Source: Rhodosorus marinus CCMP1338
Lineage: Eukaryota > Plantae > Rhodophyta
DNA: 64,000 nucleotides
Direction: 5' to 3'
NCBI GenBank assembly: GCA_029953675.1
Contig: JAMWBK010000005.1
Coordinates: 2,666,001-2,730,000 of the forward strand
Part shown: piece after piece, positions 59,777 through 64,000 of the stretch
How positions within the stretch are numbered: the stretch's first letter is position 1
How the letters are laid out: every line of letters starts with the position of its first letter
The notes under the pieces: model-generated
The model's input: the letters and a program-made list of their open reading frames with translations, nothing else
Databases searched by the model: none
Told to the model about the DNA's origin: nothing
Translations under genes and position numbers: made by a program

Positions 59777-61011
59777 ATTCCGGTCCTCTATCAAACAAAC
59801 ACAATCAACAGATCTTCCTTCCTCTGCTGTCCAAAACAAGACGTTGCAAACCTTCTTGTCTGAAAATTCCAATCCATCTTCACCCGCCCCAATCCCTTCG
59901 AAACTCCAAAAACCGACTTTTCAAGGAAGACACACGAATTCATCCTAATGGGAAGTTGACTGGATGACTTAGTCAAGTAGAACCTATGAGGAAGGTAGTA
60001 GTTTGTCCAAGAGACGGAAGAGCCTGTGCGCTGACTAGGATGTATGAGCATGCAGAGTACGAATCTCTGTTTGAACAGCAGAGATTTGGGTATGTATGCC
60101 CTCGTGCTGGAGGCACGTGGTCATACTGTTGTTGTTTCCCCAAACGCTGTTTGGGCGGACTGGCAGCTGGTGAGGTCGAGATTGGACAGTTTCAGGTTGA
60201 GAGGTTGTGTAAGTATGGGAACGGTGTGATACGTAGAGAAAGAAACCATCGCGTAGAGGTGGTCATCTGTAGTCCGTCCTCTAACCTTGTGCTGCCTGCT
60301 TTGGTTGTCTTTAAACGTGATCTAGGATGTGGGGCAAATCAAAATAGGACGTGCATCTCTTGCTTTCGTCTGTGCTCACTGAAAGCTGGGGTACTTGGTC
60401 TCATCCAGAGCTGATAGGGTGGATCTGTAACATGTCCTGTGGTCTGAGTATGTTTGCCTCCCAACCGATCTAGCCAACGACTTCTATCCCAACATAGTTG
60501 ACAACAAAGCAAAAGGCAAAAAAAAAAATCTTAACGACACGTGGTACTATATTATTTGATATCTGGTAAATCTTCAGGCCCTTCTGAAAAGTGGGGTAGG
60601 GTAGTAGTTATACCAATATTTCGTTTTGTTGTCGTTCAACCCCTCCGATACGACACAACGAAAACTCAAATAATTTTATTATAGATAATTATGAGATGTA
60701 TAAGGTACATTCCGGGGGGTGAGAGGAAATATGGGCATGAAAAACTGCGTCATTCTAGGGGGGTAGGCGTTTGGAATGTTCAAATCTTGCCCTGATTAGC
60801 TTAGTGTCAGCAAATCATATTTGGATGAATCGCTTGACGTCTATGTGAGGGTTTTTGGTGAAGATTTTGATCGCCCGTAAGGGACTTCTTGTAGAATGAA
60901 TCCTTAGGTACAAAAGAATTGATCCTCAAACAAAAACTCTATAGTGAAGTTTGGTTTCTATCCCCCCTACAAGCACTTCCTGTGGTGGCTTCAAGATGCC
61001 AGTGCCCAGTC

Positions 61012-62482
61012 TCATTGCTGTTCAAGCGATTGACCAGGACGGGTGGGGCAACGGTTGAGCAAGGCAGTATGGGCACAATGGTGGCAGAGGGGATGAAACG
61101 GCTCCTGTGTGCAACGTGAGCAGCAGGTAGAGGCTCTGATACATGCTCTCCTAGCGAGTGAGAGAAGCCAAAAGCCAATACCCAATGAACTCCCCAGCTT
61201 CAGTGCCAAAGAGTGTACCTCTGGAAACCTTTGCAATCCTCTGCTAGCTCAGGAGCAAACTAAGTGTTTTCAGGTACAACGAAGAAATAAGTTCCCGCCC
61301 CTGAAGAATTCGTATCCGCATACTGCAGCGGAGAATAAGCCTGACGGCGTTCTCATCATCAACAACGGGTACGAAGACCTTCCAGTTTTCCTGCCGGTTC
61401 CACTGGGTTATATTTTTCAGCGCAGAGGCCAAGCCCTTGGCCTCTACCGAATCGACCTAAAGCCTTGGATACTTTTGCTGTTGGGTAGACATTGAGCGCA
61501 TCAGTGCACTTATAATATGAAGACCTACTGGGCCGGAGTTCAGAGTTCTGTTTACAGTCTATTTCAAAGAACTGGAGTAATGTCCCCGGGGGATAAGTTA
61601 ACGCAGGTTAGTCAAATACGATAGGACAGTTTCGAAAAATGGCTACTTGGGTCTAGAAGCACCTCAAGTGGAAGGCTTTTCTCTACAAGAGAAAGTGCTT
61701 GAGTCCGCCACTTCTCCGATTCAGCGTTCCGCGCGAAGGCTTTGGCCAACATTTTGCTAGGTAGCTCCTCGACGGTCTCTCTCTCCTCCTCTGCAGAGTT
61801 TCTATCCGAATGAAGTTCATCCTGTTCTGCTGCGTCCTGCACAACTGATTCTTGAACCCGACGCCGTCGACGACATGTGCGATCCTCAATTTCGACGTCT
61901 GAGGTCGATGCAGCCGCAGATGATATAGCGACCGACCTCAAGGACTCCTCTGTCCGCAAGCTAGACAACCCGCCCACCGAAAGCGAGCTACTCGAACCTC
62001 GTTTTCTTTTTGGCACATGGATCCCATACTCCTCCTTCTTTCTTTGGATGGAAGCCTCTGCAGCTTTTGCCTCAAGCCCACTGAAGCCGCTCACAATAGT
62101 CTGGAGCTCTGAAGCTGCATTCACAACCAATTCCAGCGCTTCCTGGAAGATTTTCCACTTCTCTATGTCCATCCCTCGCACGGCTTCCTCAACCCACTCA
62201 GTGGATTCTTCTGGTTCAGCTCTCTCCGTCGGCTGTTGCCGGTCCTCCAGCAGGTCGTCAGAGGACTCGAGAGGTCTATCCACAAGGAAAATCCCAGCAA
62301 AACGCAGAGACGGGAGAACAAGTCCCAAAAACGCCAAAATCAACATAAACGGAACAAGAGATATTAACGTTTCAGCGGTCCTATAAAGATAAACAGAACT
62401 TCATGAAGGTTAAAGAACCCACTCACCGGTCTTCTTCCATGACCCCAGCGCGTCTACTGGACCCTGCCCCACCTTCGCTCAT
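61012..62482 (-). CDS. Hypothetical nuclear protein (acidic and basic regions), weak hint of a C-terminal GNAT-like domain; 3' exons uncertain
   Basis: ATG at 62482 (MSEGGAGSSRRAGVMEEDR) splices into ORF 61612-62346 (KRKR, RRRRR clusters). A further acceptor near 61575 continues the frame (FFEIDCKQ...). The end coordinate is approximate. Confidence 0.5.
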
Positions 62483-63249
62483 TCTCGCACAGTTGCCAAG
62501 CACCAACGTCCCGTACCTCTCGTTTTTGTAACAATTTCAGACCTACTTTCCTCAGTACCAGTAGCTTCTCGTTATAAGGGTCCCAGGACCATCTCATAAG
62601 CAGTTTCAATCCTTCAGAAGCTCGTTATATTCCTAAAGCAGTGACAGGCTCGCGCCCATCGGCAATTTAGCCGTTACATCTCCCTACCCCAAAGCCAGAA
62701 CAAAAAATAATAATAAAATAATAACATCTATTTCGTATAATCCTATTTCATTGGCAACTAACAGAAATAGATAAGTGCTTGTATCCAATTAATATCAGTC
62801 AGAATAGATTATGAATTATTAATATTTTAATTGGATAATATACTAATTTATGAATTTTATTGGCTACTAAGGAATATAACGAAATACGGACGGATTTCCG
62901 TTCTTCCTACTCTGAAACAGTTCGGGGTTCTGACGTGCATAAGCGAAGTTCATCAGAGTGGCCGTGGTCAGGTTGACGGATGGTTGCCTGCTAGTCAGCG
63001 GGATCAAAGCTTTCAGCTACGGAGAATCCCTGGTTTCTGCTTGATAGAATTAAGGAGCCTACGCAATCTTATTTTTGTTTTGTTTCTGTGTTGTTCATGG
63101 TGCGTAGCTGAGAGCGGCACCTTTCCGTACAGTCTTCAATTTTGTTGTGGAGAGTTCTTTTCAATGAGGGTGGGCTTACGGTAAACTGCTTCAAAACATA
63201 TCCTGGATCGAAAGGAGCTTGTATTCCGCAAGGTACTGAGATTGGCAAG

Positions 63250-64000
63250 ATGAGTAGTCAAGAGGAAATTCTTGCCCGTCACAAGCAGGAGAAGAAAGAG
63301 TTGGAAAAGAGGGCCGAGAAGATGAGGTCCTTCGTTCCCAAGAAGGTAGAGCAGACCTCGACAGGCTCATTTTTGAAGTTTTCCGGTAGAAACTGGCTGG
63401 CCTGAAGCTGATGGTAGCTATGCGACTTTTATGGACAGGATAAGGTGGGGAGACAGCGGGTCGGGGAGGAAATTGATGCTCTGCGGAAAGAGCTTTTGGA
63501 GAGGCACAATGAAGAGCTGAAGGAGACAGGAATCGAATCTCAGATCGAGGAATCCAGAACAAATGTCGAGAACATGTCTCTTGGTGGCAACGCTATATAC
63601 AAAGAGAAGAAGTTGTCAAAGCAGCAGGAGAAGAGGTAGGAGCAGATTAAAACATATGCTGAGGGGCCCACAGCAACAAGGAGGGCCTCACAATAAGCAT
63701 CCGGCCAGAAGCCCATTCAAGTAAATCCAAGGTTTGAAAGGACTGACCCTAGTGACTTCCGCGCGCTTGCATACAGGTTAAGGAAACAGCAGGTTGAAGC
63801 GGAACGAGAGAAACAGAGAGCAGCCCAGAGAGCAGCGGCTGGGCCGAGTGAGGCCGAGAAAGAGACGAAGGCAATGCAAATCCTACTGGAATCTTCAGGT
63901 CTAACGGTTCATGAAATAGCTCCAGATGGGAATTGTTTGTTCAACGCTGTCGCCCACCAACTGAAAATCTTCGACCTGATGGAGACTGCCTCGAGTTTGA
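63250..64000 (+). CDS. OTU-domain deubiquitinase, OTUD6/Otu2-like (partial, multi-exon)
   Basis: N-terminus EEILARHKQEKKEL...LLERHNEEL, a charged coiled coil, and the catalytic Cys loop HEIAPDGNCLFNAVAHQL near the window end. Confidence 0.9.

Noticed and set aside
59986-60414. 142-aa Cys-rich plus-strand ORF
   Set aside because: It contains several donor-like sites, but no consistent spliced frame or domain could be built, so it is not called as a gene.

Overview
Gene-dense eukaryotic nuclear DNA with short GT-AG introns (about 70-180 nt where I could map them) and AT-rich islands, mostly at divergent promoters. Plastid-type and mitochondrial-type N-terminal presequences and a mix of plant-like and animal-like gene families suggest a compact algal genome, possibly a unicellular red alga (inference only). 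About 20 protein-coding loci are supported. They include an exportin-6-like karyopherin (partial), a ~2,470-aa coiled-coil protein, a YqeH/NOA1-type GTPase, HMG-CoA lyase, U5-40K (SNRNP40), a JmjN/JmjC/C5HC2 protein, a SUN-domain protein, a flavin amine oxidase, RNR large subunit, HIP/ST13, Wss1, a HAD-IIA hydrolase, NDUFS7, a SNAP25-like SNARE, an OTU deubiquitinase (partial) and several hypothetical genes. There is one decayed Ty1/Copia element. The most notable observations are: (1) a JmjC protein lacking all three Fe(II) ligands, resembling JARID2; (2) a HIP co-chaperone ending in an Hsp70-like GGM...VEEVD tail; (3) a near-complete type III hammerhead ribozyme fold beside a degenerate ~45-bp repeat array; (4) a Copia relic whose internal segments are individually inverted, creating an inverted repeat; (5) a giant coiled-coil protein with a basic tail, a candidate nuclear-scaffold or tether protein. 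All calls come from manual reading without database searches, so exon boundaries are approximate unless stated.
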